Shown piece by piece: positions 49,029 through 59,505 of a stretch of 64,000 nt of DNA; position 1 is the stretch's first letter, and the number at the start of each line of letters is the position of its first letter. The DNA comes from Nautiliaceae bacterium (lineage in GTDB: Bacteria > Campylobacterota > Campylobacteria > Campylobacterales > Nautiliaceae), in assembly GCA_039831155.1 (NCBI GenBank), contig JBDONT010000008.1, forward strand, positions 1 to 64,000, read 5' to 3'. Both the position numbers and the translations under genes were made by a program. Below the pieces are notes generated by a model, which was given only the letters and a program-made list of their open reading frames with translations, did no database searches and was not told the DNA's origin.

Positions 49029-49787
49029 GTGAGAAAACTTGTTTTGCTGGTGGTGGGTGTTTTTTTATTCGCTACCAATTTAATTAACGTTAATTTTTTT
49101 GAAGGAAAAAACAAAATAGATATTTTGCTTTCTTTGGATAATGTGTTTGAGGGAAGAGTCAAGCAGGTAGGAAAATACTCTTATTTGATTACGAACATAA
49201 AAAGCGATAAGGTTATTCAAAAAGAGTTTAACGATAAATTTATAAATTCCATTATAATTTCACCTCAAAATAACGGTATAAAAGTGGATGTGATTACAAA
49301 ATCGAAAATAAAAACCAGTGTAGCTTTAACACCGGACGGATACGGTCTTAGGTTTAGAATTGTAAATTTGTCCTTAAAGTCTAAAGATGTAAATATTCAA
49401 AAAGTACCTCACGCTAACGAAAGTGGGTTTGATATGTTTTCTTATCTTATGGCTTTGCTGGTTTTGGTGATTTTGGCCGGTGTTCTTTGGTTTATTAAGA
49501 GAAATAAAATCTCTTCTTTACCTTCTGCTAATCTTCAGATGAAGGTAATTATGCAAAAGCCTATAGACGTTAAAAACAAAGTTGTGCTTTTTGAGTATCA
49601 AAACAGAAAATATCTAATGCTAATAGGCAATACAAACTTACTTTTGGACGTATTTAGCGAAGATACTCCGGTACCTAAAAACGAAGTGGAGTTTGAAGAG
49701 ATGTTAAAACTCTCTAAAAAATACGATAATATAGAACAATACATAAAAAATGCCGAAAAATTAAAGGGGATAGATGAAACAATTTGA
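49029..49787 (+). CDS. fliO: FliO-like flagellar export protein with periplasmic N-terminal domain
   Basis: Signal peptide, beta domain, one TM, then [24 protein letters not shown]; follows fliN. Confidence 0.65.
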   Translation: MRKLVLLVVGVFLFATNLINVNFFEGKNKIDILLSLDNVFEGRVKQVGKYSYLITNIKSDKVIQKEFNDKFINSIIISPQNNGIKVDVITKSKIKTSVALTPDGYGLRFRIVNLSLKSKDVNIQKVPHANESGFDMFSYLMALLVLVILAGVLWFIKRNKISSLPSANLQMKVIMQKPIDVKNKVVLFEYQNRKYLMLIGNTNLLLDVFSEDTPVPKNEVEFEEMLKLSKKYDNIEQYIKNAEKLKGIDETI

Positions 49788-51645
49788 TATTATAGTAGTA
49801 GGTGGAGGACACGCCGGGATAGAAGCCGCACTTGCACCGGCTAGAATGGGTAAAAAAGTTTTGCTTCTTACTATGCTTATAGAACAGATAGGAGCAGCTA
49901 GTTGTAATCCGGCAATAGGAGGTCTTGCAAAAGGTCATCTTGTAAAAGAGATAGACGCTCTTGGTGGTGAAATGGCTCTTGCTACCGATAATACGGGAAT
50001 TCAGTTTAGAGTACTTAACGAAAACAGAGGACCGGCCGTTAGAGGAAGCAGGGCTCAAATAGATATGGACAGATACAGAATGTATATGAGAGATGTTTGT
50101 TTAAACACTCCTAATTTAACCGTAGCTCAAGAGATAGTCGATGAAATTATCGTAAAAAACGGTAAGGTTGTGGGAGTTAGAACGAATTTATTAAACGAAT
50201 ACGGATGTAGGGCTTTGATTTTAACAACCGGGACTTTTATGAGAGGGATTATGCATTTTGGTCCCGTTAAACTTGAGGGTGGAAGATTTCACGAGCTTCC
50301 GGCTAAAAAAATCTCTAAATCGCTTGAGGATTTAGGCTTTAAGTTAGAGAGACTAAAAACCGGGACTACTGCTAGAATTGATGCAAGAAGTATCGATTTT
50401 TCCAAAATGGAAATACAGCCGGGTGATGAAAATCCTAAGCCTTTTTCTTTCAGAACCGATAAAAAAACATTTAACCCCACTCAACTCCCTTGTTATATAA
50501 CTTATACGAATGAAATCACTCACGATATTATTAAAAGTAATTTCCACAGAGCCCCTCTTTTTACGGGGCAAATTGAAGGAATAGGTCCTAGATACTGTCC
50601 TAGTATCGAGGATAAACTCAATAAATTCCCGGATAAAGAGCGTCATCACGTATTTGTAGAACCTCAAACTCTTGAAGCTACGGAGTATTATTTAAACGGA
50701 CTTTCAACTTCTCTTCCTATGGACGTTCAGGAAGATTTTATTCATTCAATACCGGGTCTTGAAAACGCTAAAATCGTAAGATTCGGATATGCAATTGAAT
50801 ATGACTTTATCCAGCCTACAAACCTTAAACATTCACTTGAAACAAAAGAGATAGAAGGGCTTTTCTTTGCCGGACAAATTAACGGAACAACCGGATATGA
50901 AGAAGCGGCGGCTCAGGGTATAATGGCGGGAATAAACGCAGCTCTTAAAATTGACGGAAAAGAGCCTATTATTTTTAGAAGGGATGAAGCGTATATCGGG
51001 GTTTTAATTGACGATTTGGTTACAAAAGGAACGAACGAGCCTTACAGAATGTTTACAAGCAGAAGCGAATACAGACTCTTACTTAGAGAAGATAATGCCA
51101 TTTTAAGGCTTGCAGATTACGGTTATGAGCTTGGAATTTTGGATGATAAGACATATGAGAGAGTACAAAAGCTTAGAGAAGAGATAGAAAAAGGTATGAA
51201 GATATTAAATGAAACGTTCGTAACTCCAAATAAACAGATAAACGCTATGCTTGAAGAGATGGGAGAAGAGAAAATCCAAAGTAAAATGGAGATAAGAAAA
51301 ATAGCCGGACGTCATACGTTTAATAAAGAAAAACTTTTAAAACTGGCTCCGGAGTTTAAAGATTTCAGTGACGACGCGATAGAACAGATTTTAATAGACG
51401 CAAGATATCATCATTATATAAAAAGACAAGAAGCTCAAATAGATAAAATGAAAGAGATGTTAAGTGTTAAAATTCCTAAAGATTTCGAATATAAAGGAAT
51501 TCCTGGGCTTAGTCGCGAGATAGTGGAAAAACTTGAAAAACACAGACCTATCACTTTATTTGAAGCCAGTGAAATAAGTGGGGTTACACCGGCTGCGATT
51601 GATATTATCCATATGTATATCAATATGAGAAAAAAGAAAAGTTGA
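49774..51645 (+). CDS. mnmG: tRNA uridine 5-carboxymethylaminomethyl modification enzyme MnmG (GidA)
   Basis: [41 protein letters not shown]. Confidence 0.99.
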   Translation: MKQFDIIVVGGGHAGIEAALAPARMGKKVLLLTMLIEQIGAASCNPAIGGLAKGHLVKEIDALGGEMALATDNTGIQFRVLNENRGPAVRGSRAQIDMDRYRMYMRDVCLNTPNLTVAQEIVDEIIVKNGKVVGVRTNLLNEYGCRALILTTGTFMRGIMHFGPVKLEGGRFHELPAKKISKSLEDLGFKLERLKTGTTARIDARSIDFSKMEIQPGDENPKPFSFRTDKKTFNPTQLPCYITYTNEITHDIIKSNFHRAPLFTGQIEGIGPRYCPSIEDKLNKFPDKERHHVFVEPQTLEATEYYLNGLSTSLPMDVQEDFIHSIPGLENAKIVRFGYAIEYDFIQPTNLKHSLETKEIEGLFFAGQINGTTGYEEAAAQGIMAGINAALKIDGKEPIIFRRDEAYIGVLIDDLVTKGTNEPYRMFTSRSEYRLLLREDNAILRLADYGYELGILDDKTYERVQKLREEIEKGMKILNETFVTPNKQINAMLEEMGEEKIQSKMEIRKIAGRHTFNKEKLLKLAPEFKDFSDDAIEQILIDARYHHYIKRQEAQIDKMKEMLSVKIPKDFEYKGIPGLSREIVEKLEKHRPITLFEASEISGVTPAAIDIIHMYINMRKKKS

Positions 51646-51765
51646 TAAATTTTCTCTTTTTTTATATAAATGAACCTCTAAAGGGTTTAAAATGATTAGA
51701 TATATAAGAGACAAAGAAATTGATGAATTTTGTGGAGATTTGAAAAAAATTATAAAGGATTTAAA

Positions 51766-52041
51766 TTGACATATATTTATGTTTATACGGCAGATAAAGA
51801 GAAGTTTGAGAGAATTAAAAAGGCTGTTGAGGTTGCGAAGAGTTTAAGTGAAACGCCGGTTTTTTGTGTAAATGACCTTGAAGCTATAGATGAAGTTAGA
51901 AAAAACGGATTTAAAGCTATGAATGTAGATGCTTTGCAAGATTTATTTAATTTAAGTGACGGCAGTGATACGTTTTATGTTTTAACACCGGAAGATACGA
52001 CTTATTTAAAAGCTGCTTTTGCAAACGTAAAGGAGATATAA
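51766..52041 (+). CDS. hypothetical protein
   Basis: Protein-like alpha/beta ORF; TTG at 51766 after RBS AAAGGA. Confidence 0.7.
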   Translation: MTYIYVYTADKEKFERIKKAVEVAKSLSETPVFCVNDLEAIDEVRKNGFKAMNVDALQDLFNLSDGSDTFYVLTPEDTTYLKAAFANVKEI

Positions 52042-52151
52042 TGGAAAAAGAAAAACCTTTTAATTTTTGGCTTTTTATGCTTGGGATGTTTGTCGGGCTT
52101 TTGGTTTTAACTTCTATTGTGGTTGGGGTGCCTTATCTTTTAATGAAGTGA
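52041..52151 (+). CDS. 36-aa single-TM small protein (not in the ORF track)
   Basis: RBS AAGGAG, TAATG coupling; MEKEKPFNFWLFMLGMFVGLLVLTSIVVGVPYLLMK. Confidence 0.65.
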   Translation: MEKEKPFNFWLFMLGMFVGLLVLTSIVVGVPYLLMK

Positions 52152-52872
52152 TTTCAAAGTAAAATTTACTTCCTTTTCCTTTTTGACTCTCTATTTTTAA
52201 AGAAGTTTTATGTAAATTTAATATTTTTTCCACAATTGCAAGTCCTAGCCCTAAGGAGTTATCCCAGTCGTTTTTTGAGATACGGTAGAATTTTTGTTTT
52301 ATAAGTTCTATCTCTTTTTTGTCTATTCCTTTACCTTTGTCGATGACTTCGAAGTTATCGTTTATGTTAATGATTATTTCATCTTTTGAATATTTAAGTG
52401 CGTTTGAGATTAAGTTGTAAATTACTATTTCTATTAAAGTTTTGTCGGCATATATTATCTTTTTTTCGCAGTTTAGTGTAATTCTGTTTGTATTGAGGCT
52501 TTCTATTATATTTTTTGTTATTTCGCATAAGTCGAAAGTTAAAAAGTTGGTTTTTATTTTGTTGTTTTCGAGTCTTGTTATTAAATAGAGTCTGTCTATT
52601 AATTCACTAAGTCTTATAGAGTTTTTTTGGATTTTAGTTAAGAATTTTTCGTTTAACTCTTTTGGAAGGTTGTTTTCTAAAATGGTTTGGATGTATCCGT
52701 TTATTATGGAAATCGGATTTTTGAATTCGTGGGAAATTGCGGATATCAGTTCGTCTTTTGAAGAGTTTAGAATTTTGAGTTTTTTATTTTCTTTTTTTAA
52801 TTTTTTATTTTCTTTTTGGAGTTTTTTTAACTCTTCAAACTCTTTTTTAAAAAAAATCTTAAAAATATTCAC
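52114..52872 (-). CDS. phoR: PhoR-like histidine kinase, soluble and minimal
   Basis: SHEFKNP, NLISNALKY, DKGKGI, GLGLAIV; in operon with phoU and phoB, divergent from pstS. Confidence 0.85.
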   Translation of the reverse strand: MNIFKIFFKKEFEELKKLQKENKKLKKENKKLKILNSSKDELISAISHEFKNPISIINGYIQTILENNLPKELNEKFLTKIQKNSIRLSELIDRLYLITRLENNKIKTNFLTFDLCEITKNIIESLNTNRITLNCEKKIIYADKTLIEIVIYNLISNALKYSKDEIIININDNFEVIDKGKGIDKKEIELIKQKFYRISKNDWDNSLGLGLAIVEKILNLHKTSLKIESQKGKGSKFYFEITSLKDKAPQPQ

Positions 52873-52880
52873 ACCATCTC

Positions 52881-53519
52881 CTATTTTAATTTATATCCCA
52901 CACCTCTTACGCTTTGAATAATTCCACCGATTTTGTGGTTTAATCTGTTGATTGAGACGTTAATGCTTTTTTCGTTTGTTATATTGAATTTTTCACTTAT
53001 TTCTTCTCTTGTAAAGATTCTTTTTTGGTTTTTGAAAAACATTTCAAGCAGTTTGTATTCGTTTGGAGTCAGTGGTATTGTTTCTTTATTAAAAAAAAGG
53101 GTTTTTGTGCTTGTATTTAAGTGGTAGTTTTTATAAGAGATTATATTTGAATGTATGTTGTGTCTTTTCAGGACGGCTTTTATCCTGGCTATTAACTCTT
53201 TCATATTAAAAGGTTTTTTGATGTAATCGTCGGCACCTCTTTCAAACCCTTCTAAAACTTCATCTTCATTTGTTTTAGCACTTAAAAAAATTACCGGAAT
53301 ATCGTAGCCCTCTTTTTTTAATTGCTGAATAAATATACTTCCTTCAATTCCCGGCAGGTTTCTATCTACTATTAATAAATCGGGATTTTCTTCTATTATG
53401 AACTTTTTTACGTATTTGGTATTTAAAAAACCAACGGCGTCGTAGCCGTTTTGCTGAAGAGTGAATTCTAATAATTCCAGCAAATCCTCTTCATCTTCTA
53501 TAATTACTATTTTAATCAT
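52881..53519 (-). CDS. phoB: PhoB-like OmpR-family response regulator
   Basis: IIEDE, DRNLP, GADDYIKKPF, VRGVGY; pho/pst context. Confidence 0.85.
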   Translation of the reverse strand: MIKIVIIEDEEDLLELLEFTLQQNGYDAVGFLNTKYVKKFIIEENPDLLIVDRNLPGIEGSIFIQQLKKEGYDIPVIFLSAKTNEDEVLEGFERGADDYIKKPFNMKELIARIKAVLKRHNIHSNIISYKNYHLNTSTKTLFFNKETIPLTPNEYKLLEMFFKNQKRIFTREEISEKFNITNEKSINVSINRLNHKIGGIIQSVRGVGYKLK

Positions 53520-53528
53520 TCGTTACCT

Positions 53529-54089
53529 TTAAAGCTCAAGTCCTTCTTTTGCAAACAGTAAATAAGAAGCTATCGTTTTTGCACTGTCGCTTATTCTTTC
53601 GAGTTTTTTTGCGATATTTAAAATTTTTAAGATTTCGTCTATGTTTTCTGTCTGTTTAACTTCTAAAACAAGTTCTTTGTATAATTCATCCGCTATTTTT
53701 TCGTAGCTTATAATGGTAGAGTAAGCATCTTCTATGGTATCGCCTTTTACTGCTAATTTAAGTGTGCTTATAGTTGCAAGTGCGTTTTGATAAAGAGCGT
53801 CTATTTTTTCGTTTGAGAAATTGTATTTTTTGATAAAAGACTTTGTCGATTTTTTAATTTTAGCAAGAAACGAGCTTACTTTTAAATATGCAACAGTTTC
53901 TCTTAAATATTCTCCTTGAGGGTGAAAGAGGGCTAAAAATTTAATTACTTCGTTATCAAACTCTTTTAAGTCTATTAAAAAAAACTCTTCCGTTAACTCT
54001 TTTTTTTGTAAAGACTCTTCAATCGCTTCTATATATTTTAGGAATTTGTTGTTTAAATTGTTTAGTGCATTTTCGAAAGAACTAAGCAT
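53529..54089 (-). CDS. phoU: phosphate signalling protein PhoU
   Basis: LALFHPQGEYLR, EKIADELY, KKLERISD. Confidence 0.85.
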   Translation of the reverse strand: MLSSFENALNNLNNKFLKYIEAIEESLQKKELTEEFFLIDLKEFDNEVIKFLALFHPQGEYLRETVAYLKVSSFLAKIKKSTKSFIKKYNFSNEKIDALYQNALATISTLKLAVKGDTIEDAYSTIISYEKIADELYKELVLEVKQTENIDEILKILNIAKKLERISDSAKTIASYLLFAKEGLEL

Positions 54090-54146
54090 TTCAATCCTTT
54101 TTTTTGTAAAATTATAACATTAATATATAATTTCGGATGGTTTGAG

Positions 54147-54179
54147 TTGTTATTAAATTGTTATTAAACTGTTTTAAAA
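54147..54179 (+). promoter_or_regulatory. Pho box (three 11-bp direct repeats) upstream of pstS
   Basis: TTGTTATTAAA TTGTTATTAAA CTGTTTTAAAA, resembling the CTGTCAT-N4 repeat. Confidence 0.8.
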
Positions 54180-54204
54180 TTTTAAAAATCAAAAAGGAGA
54201 GAAA

Positions 54205-55200
54205 ATGAAAAAATTGATTTTAGGTGCTTTAGTGGCGGTTAGTTCTTTTGCTTATACTATAAACGGTACAGGTGCTTCTTTTCCGTATACGGTATATAAA
54301 CAGTGGATAAAAAGCTATTATGACCAAACCGGAAACAGAGTAAACTACACTCCTACAGGAAGTGGTACCGGGATTAAAGAAGTTGCTTTAAGACACGTTG
54401 ATTTTGGTGGAAGTGATAAACCTTTGCCTCCTAAAGTTTTGAAAAAAGCTAAACTTTATCAGTTTCCTACGCTAGTTGGAGGGATTGCTTTAAGTTACAA
54501 TATACCTGGAGTTGATAATTTAAAACTTAGCGAAGCTGCCATTGAAGGGATTGTATTAGGTAGTATTGTGTATTGGGATAACCCTTTAATCGTTAAATAC
54601 AATAAAAACGCAAAATTACCTCATAAAAAGATTATTTTTGTTCACAGAAGCGATAAGTCGGGGACTACTTTTAACTTTACTTATTATTTAAGTAAAATGA
54701 GCAGTGTTTGGAGAAGACATTATGGGGCTAGAAAACTTATAAACTGGCCTACAGACGCCCAAGGTAGAGGAATTGCCGGAAAAGGAAATTTCGGTGTTAG
54801 TGCGGCTATTAAAACAAACGAATATTCTATAGGATATGTGGATTATGCGGATGCTAAGAAAAACTCTTTAAAAATGGCGATTGTTGAAAATAAAGGTCAT
54901 TTTGTAGCACCGACTCCTAAAAACTTTGCAATAGGGGCGGCGTATGCCGGATTTGATGCTAAAAAAGATTTTTATAAAATAATCGCTTATCCTAAAAAAG
55001 GATATCCTATAATTGCCGCTACGTTTATTCTTGTACCTAAAGAAAAAGTAAATAAAGATAAAGAAGTAACAACGTTTTTTGATTACGCTTATAAAAACGA
55101 TGCAGTTGCCAGTAAATTAGGATACATTCCTCTACCGGCTAGTGTTAAAGCTCAAGTTAGAAAATATTGGGAAGAAAAGGGGATTTCTCCTTCAAAATAA
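54205..55200 (+). CDS. pstS: phosphate ABC transporter substrate-binding protein
   Basis: GTGASFP, GSGTGI, DFGGSD, HRSDKSGTT. Confidence 0.97.
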   Translation: MKKLILGALVAVSSFAYTINGTGASFPYTVYKQWIKSYYDQTGNRVNYTPTGSGTGIKEVALRHVDFGGSDKPLPPKVLKKAKLYQFPTLVGGIALSYNIPGVDNLKLSEAAIEGIVLGSIVYWDNPLIVKYNKNAKLPHKKIIFVHRSDKSGTTFNFTYYLSKMSSVWRRHYGARKLINWPTDAQGRGIAGKGNFGVSAAIKTNEYSIGYVDYADAKKNSLKMAIVENKGHFVAPTPKNFAIGAAYAGFDAKKDFYKIIAYPKKGYPIIAATFILVPKEKVNKDKEVTTFFDYAYKNDAVASKLGYIPLPASVKAQVRKYWEEKGISPSK

Positions 55201-55224
55201 AAAAAGGTCTTTAAAACCTTTTTT
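55199..55224 (+). terminator. weak hairpin after pstS (terminator or mRNA stabiliser)
   Basis: AAAAAAGGT-ctttaaa-ACCTTTTTT followed by a T-rich tract. Confidence 0.5.
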
Positions 55225-55259
55225 ATTTTTTATACAATTACAAAAACTAAAGGTTATAG

Positions 55260-56327
55260 ATGGAAGCTTTGTTTAAGAAAGTATCTGCTTTAAGTGCTAC
55301 TTTAATACTGTTTTTATTAACCGGTATATTTGTTGTGTTGTTTATATACGCTAAACCGGCCATTAAAGAGTATGGGCTTCATTTTTTGCTTGACCCTAGA
55401 TGGGGAGTTGAGGTGTCTCAAAATCAAAACAGTGTAAACAATACAGCAAATACCTCCAATCAAGTTGCAACTCTCCAAGATTCTCCTCAAATAGTTGATA
55501 GTGATACTATAGACAGTGACGATGACGCAATAGATACGGATAATGATTTGGCAGCAGATGAAGATAATGATATAGCGGTAAATGATGACGATATTGCAGC
55601 GGCTACTACGGATACCGACATAGGAAGCTCCTCTTCTAATACAAAAGTCGTATACGGAGGATTGATTCCTATTGTAGGTACTGTTTTGTCTACTATTTTG
55701 GCAATGGCTTTTGCCGTGCCTATTGCGATGGGGATAGCTGTATTTTTAAGTGAAATAGCACCTCCTTTCATATCAAAGCCCGTAGGTATCGCAATTGAGC
55801 TTTTAGCTGCGATTCCTAGTATTATTTACGGGATGTGGGGGCTTTTTTATTTCGGACCTTTGGTTTCTTCAATTTTTGGAGGAGGAAGTGTTTCTTTATT
55901 GGTTGCCGGGATGGTTCTTGCGGTTATGATTATTCCTTTTATGGCATCTCTCACACGTGATAGTATAAATACTACACCTAATGTATTAAAAGAATCGGCA
56001 TATGCAATGGGGGCTACCAAATTTGAGGTTATAAAAGATGTGATTTTCCCTTATGCTAAAAAAGGTATTATAGGGAGTATGATTTTAGCCTTAGGTCGTG
56101 CGTTGGGTGAGACTATGGCAGTTGCTTTTGTAATCGGAGGTGTATTTAACTTCCCTCATAAATTGATCGACCCTACAGTTTCCATTCCGGTTGTACTTGC
56201 GAATAACTTTGCAGAAAGTAGTGGGATGAGTTTGCACGCACTATTTTATTTAGCGTTAATTTTATTTGTAATTTCATTTATGGTAATTAGTTTTGCTAAG
56301 TTTTACTTTTTAAGGGATAAAAAATGA
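55260..56327 (+). CDS. pstC: phosphate ABC transporter permease PstC with acidic insertion
   Basis: ELLAAIPSIIYGMWG, ESAYAMGAT, LGRALGETMAV. Confidence 0.96.
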   Translation: MEALFKKVSALSATLILFLLTGIFVVLFIYAKPAIKEYGLHFLLDPRWGVEVSQNQNSVNNTANTSNQVATLQDSPQIVDSDTIDSDDDAIDTDNDLAADEDNDIAVNDDDIAAATTDTDIGSSSSNTKVVYGGLIPIVGTVLSTILAMAFAVPIAMGIAVFLSEIAPPFISKPVGIAIELLAAIPSIIYGMWGLFYFGPLVSSIFGGGSVSLLVAGMVLAVMIIPFMASLTRDSINTTPNVLKESAYAMGATKFEVIKDVIFPYAKKGIIGSMILALGRALGETMAVAFVIGGVFNFPHKLIDPTVSIPVVLANNFAESSGMSLHALFYLALILFVISFMVISFAKFYFLRDKK

Positions 56328-57130
56328 GACTGTTAGTTAATAAAATCGTACTCTTTTTATCAACATTAAGTGCAGTTATAGGTCTTGTGTTTTTGTTTTG
56401 GATTTTGATTACCCTTACCATTAAAGGATTGAATTCTATTAATTTTTATCTTTTTACCCATGATTTGGTAAATAACGGGCTTAGAAACTTGCTAATAGGG
56501 CAGTTTATTTTGGCGTTAATTGCAGTTGTTATAGGGGTTCCGATTGGAATGATAGCCGGAATTTATCTTCAAGAGTATTCATTCGGAAATAAATATGCAG
56601 AATTTATCAGAAACCTTTCGGATGTTATGATGTCTGCTCCTAGTATCGTAATAGGTACTTTTGTTTATGCGATAATAGTAAATCCTATAGGTCATCAGAG
56701 TGGGTGGGCCGGAGCAATAGCACTTGCTATTATGATGATTCCTATTGTTGTAAGAACTACCGATGATATGTTAGGGCTTGTTCCAAAAGAACTTAGAGAA
56801 GCCGGGGTTGCAATAGGGGCACCTAAGTATAAAGTGATTATCGATATTATTATAAAAGCTGCAAAAGTTGGTATAATGACGGGTATTTTACTTGCGTTTG
56901 CGAGAATTGTTGGAGAGACTGCACCACTTCTTTTTACAAGTGGGAACAGTGAATATTTTACTTTAAATTTAAATGAAGTGTTTCCGAGTTTAACTGTTGC
57001 TATTTACAATTTAGCGACGATGCCGGATGCTAATTTGGTTAAAATTGCTTGGGCTGGGGCTTTTATATTGACTATTTTTGTTTTAATTGTGAATTTGCTT
57101 GGTAGATATATTATTAAAGATAAAAAATAA
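56324..57130 (+). CDS. pstA: phosphate ABC transporter permease PstA
   Basis: APSIVIG, LREAGVAIGA, ARIVGETAPL. Confidence 0.96.
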   Translation: MRLLVNKIVLFLSTLSAVIGLVFLFWILITLTIKGLNSINFYLFTHDLVNNGLRNLLIGQFILALIAVVIGVPIGMIAGIYLQEYSFGNKYAEFIRNLSDVMMSAPSIVIGTFVYAIIVNPIGHQSGWAGAIALAIMMIPIVVRTTDDMLGLVPKELREAGVAIGAPKYKVIIDIIIKAAKVGIMTGILLAFARIVGETAPLLFTSGNSEYFTLNLNEVFPSLTVAIYNLATMPDANLVKIAWAGAFILTIFVLIVNLLGRYIIKDKK

Positions 57131-57139
57131 AGGTTTGCT

Positions 57140-57922
57140 ATGAAAGTAATGGATATAAAAAATTTTAGTTTTACGTATGCAGGGGCTACGAAACCTTCTT
57201 TAAAAAATATTAATTTGCCTATTTATGAAGGAAAAGTAACGGCTCTTATCGGTCCTAGTGGTTGTGGTAAATCAACTCTTTTAAGAAGTTTAAACAGAAT
57301 TCACGATTTATATCCGGGCAATAAGTATGAAGGAGAAATTCTTCTTAAAAATTTAGAAACCAATGAAATGGAAAATATTTTGGAATTCAAAAAAGAAAAC
57401 GAACTTATAAATCTTCGTCAAAGAGTTGGAATGATATTCCAAAAACCCACTCCTTTTCCTATGAGTATTTATGATAATATAGCTTACGGGTTAAGACTTA
57501 AAGGGATAAAATCTAAAAGTGAACTTGACGGTAGGGTTGAAGAGGCTTTAAAAGGCGGGGCATTATGGAAAGAAGTAAAAGACAGATTAAAAGATGATGC
57601 AAGAGGGCTTAGTGGAGGTCAGCAGCAAAGACTCTGTATTGCAAGAGCGATTGCAGTTGAACCCGAAGTGCTTTTAATGGATGAGCCGACAAGTGCACTA
57701 GACCCAATTTCCACTCTTGCTATTGAAGAGCTTGTAACAAAACTTAAAGAAAAAGTAACAATAGCTATCGTTACTCATAATATGCAACAGGCAAGTCGTG
57801 TTAGTGATTATACGGCTTATATGTATTTAGGGGAGCTTGTGGAATTTGGAGAAACTACTCAAATTTTCTTAAATCCGAAGGAAAAACACACTGCAGATTA
57901 TATTGCAGGAAAATTCGGATAA
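57140..57922 (+). CDS. pstB: phosphate ABC transporter ATPase PstB
   Basis: [35 protein letters not shown]. Confidence 0.98.
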   Translation: MKVMDIKNFSFTYAGATKPSLKNINLPIYEGKVTALIGPSGCGKSTLLRSLNRIHDLYPGNKYEGEILLKNLETNEMENILEFKKENELINLRQRVGMIFQKPTPFPMSIYDNIAYGLRLKGIKSKSELDGRVEEALKGGALWKEVKDRLKDDARGLSGGQQQRLCIARAIAVEPEVLLMDEPTSALDPISTLAIEELVTKLKEKVTIAIVTHNMQQASRVSDYTAYMYLGELVEFGETTQIFLNPKEKHTADYIAGKFG

Positions 57923-58015
57923 GATTTTTTTCTTTTTTTCTTTTATTTAAAAGTGTCGATGACTTATTTTTTATAAAGCCAAATTTTTATATAATTTTAT
58001 AAAAAAGGCTTATAG

Positions 58016-58900
58016 ATGAGAATAGTTTTTATGGGTAGTCCGGATTATGCAGTTGAGATTTTAAAAGAGTTGATTAAAAAATATGAAGTTGTGGGAGTAT
58101 ATACCCAGCCGGATAAGCCGGTAGGAAGAAAAAAGGTTTTAACTTCAACTCCGGTTAAAAAATTCGCATTTGAAAACGGTCTTGATGTTTATACGCCTTC
58201 AAGTTTAAAAAATGATACGGTAATTAAAGAGTTAAGTCCTGATTTTATAGTAGTTGCCGCTTATGGGCTTTTATTGCCAAAGAGTGTACTTGAAATTGCT
58301 CCTTGTATTAATCTTCACGCTTCTTTACTTCCGAAATACAGAGGAGCAAGTCCTATTCAAAGTGCTATTTTAAATGGAGACAGATATACAGGAGTTACTG
58401 CAATGCTTATGGATGAAGGGCTTGATACGGGTGATATCTTAACTTGGGATTATACGGAAGTAGGGAACAAAACAAGTATAGATTTATTTAATGAATTGGC
58501 ACTAATAGCTGCAAAAACCACACCTTTTGTAATAGATAACTTTTCTAAAATATCCCCTTTAAAACAAAACGACGCACTTGCCACTTATTCTCCTAAAATT
58601 AAAAAGAGTGACGGTAGGGTTGATTTTGAAGATGCTTTGATTATAGACAGAAAATATAGAGCTTTTCAACCGTGGCCGGGGATTTTTACGGATAGTTTTA
58701 AAATTAATGAAATGGAATTTCTTGATAAAAGTTCTTTAAATAATCCGGGGGAGATTTTGGAGATAAATGACGGGGTTGTCGTAGGATGTAAAAGAGGAAA
58801 AATCAAACTCCTAAAAGTACAGGCCCCCGGGAAAAAAGAGATAAGTGCCGTTGATTATGTAAACGGAAAGAGATTAAAAGTCGGAGACAAGATAAGTTAA
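58016..58900 (+). CDS. fmt: methionyl-tRNA formyltransferase
   Basis: VFMGSPDYA, TQPDKPVGR, NLHASLLPKYRGASPI. Confidence 0.97.
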   Translation: MRIVFMGSPDYAVEILKELIKKYEVVGVYTQPDKPVGRKKVLTSTPVKKFAFENGLDVYTPSSLKNDTVIKELSPDFIVVAAYGLLLPKSVLEIAPCINLHASLLPKYRGASPIQSAILNGDRYTGVTAMLMDEGLDTGDILTWDYTEVGNKTSIDLFNELALIAAKTTPFVIDNFSKISPLKQNDALATYSPKIKKSDGRVDFEDALIIDRKYRAFQPWPGIFTDSFKINEMEFLDKSSLNNPGEILEINDGVVVGCKRGKIKLLKVQAPGKKEISAVDYVNGKRLKVGDKIS

Positions 58901-59505
58901 TGAAGCTTATTTATTTAAAAGAGGTAGACTCCACTCAAAAATATCTTATTTCAAAGTTAAAATCCTCTAACCTTTCTCCTCCTGTTTGTGTATGGAGTGA
59001 TTATCAAACTAATGGAATAGGAAGCAGGGGGAACAAGTGGATTGGAAAAAGAGGAAATCTGTTTTTTTCTTTTGCTTATAAGAATGAATTTAACGTACCA
59101 CTTGAAAGTTTGTCTATCTATTTTGGCTGGTTGTTTAAAAAGAGTCTTAATAAATTAGGCAGTAATGCGGTTATGAAGTGGCCTAACGATATCTATTTGA
59201 TTGATAAAGAGCCCAAAAAAATAGGGGGAGTTATTACTAATATCGTAAGGGATTTTGTAGTTTGTGGGATAGGATTAAATACTTCTTATCCCCCTTCAAA
59301 AGAGTTTGGATGTTTGGATATTAAAGTAAAAAATGATAAAATTCTCCAAAACTTTTTTGATATGGATTTTTTGAGTTGGGAAGAAGTGTTTTGTGAATAT
59401 AAAAAAGAGTTTAAAAGAACTAAAGCTTTTTTTGGGATAGAGGGTAAGTTATTAAATGATGGCAGTTTAGAAAAAAACAGACAAAGGATATATTCAAATC
59501 GATGA
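58900..59505 (+). CDS. birA: biotin--acetyl-CoA-carboxylase ligase (no HTH)
   Basis: DSTQ, QTNGIGSRGNKW, KWPND, KIGG, GIGLN. Confidence 0.93.
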   Translation: MKLIYLKEVDSTQKYLISKLKSSNLSPPVCVWSDYQTNGIGSRGNKWIGKRGNLFFSFAYKNEFNVPLESLSIYFGWLFKKSLNKLGSNAVMKWPNDIYLIDKEPKKIGGVITNIVRDFVVCGIGLNTSYPPSKEFGCLDIKVKNDKILQNFFDMDFLSWEEVFCEYKKEFKRTKAFFGIEGKLLNDGSLEKNRQRIYSNR

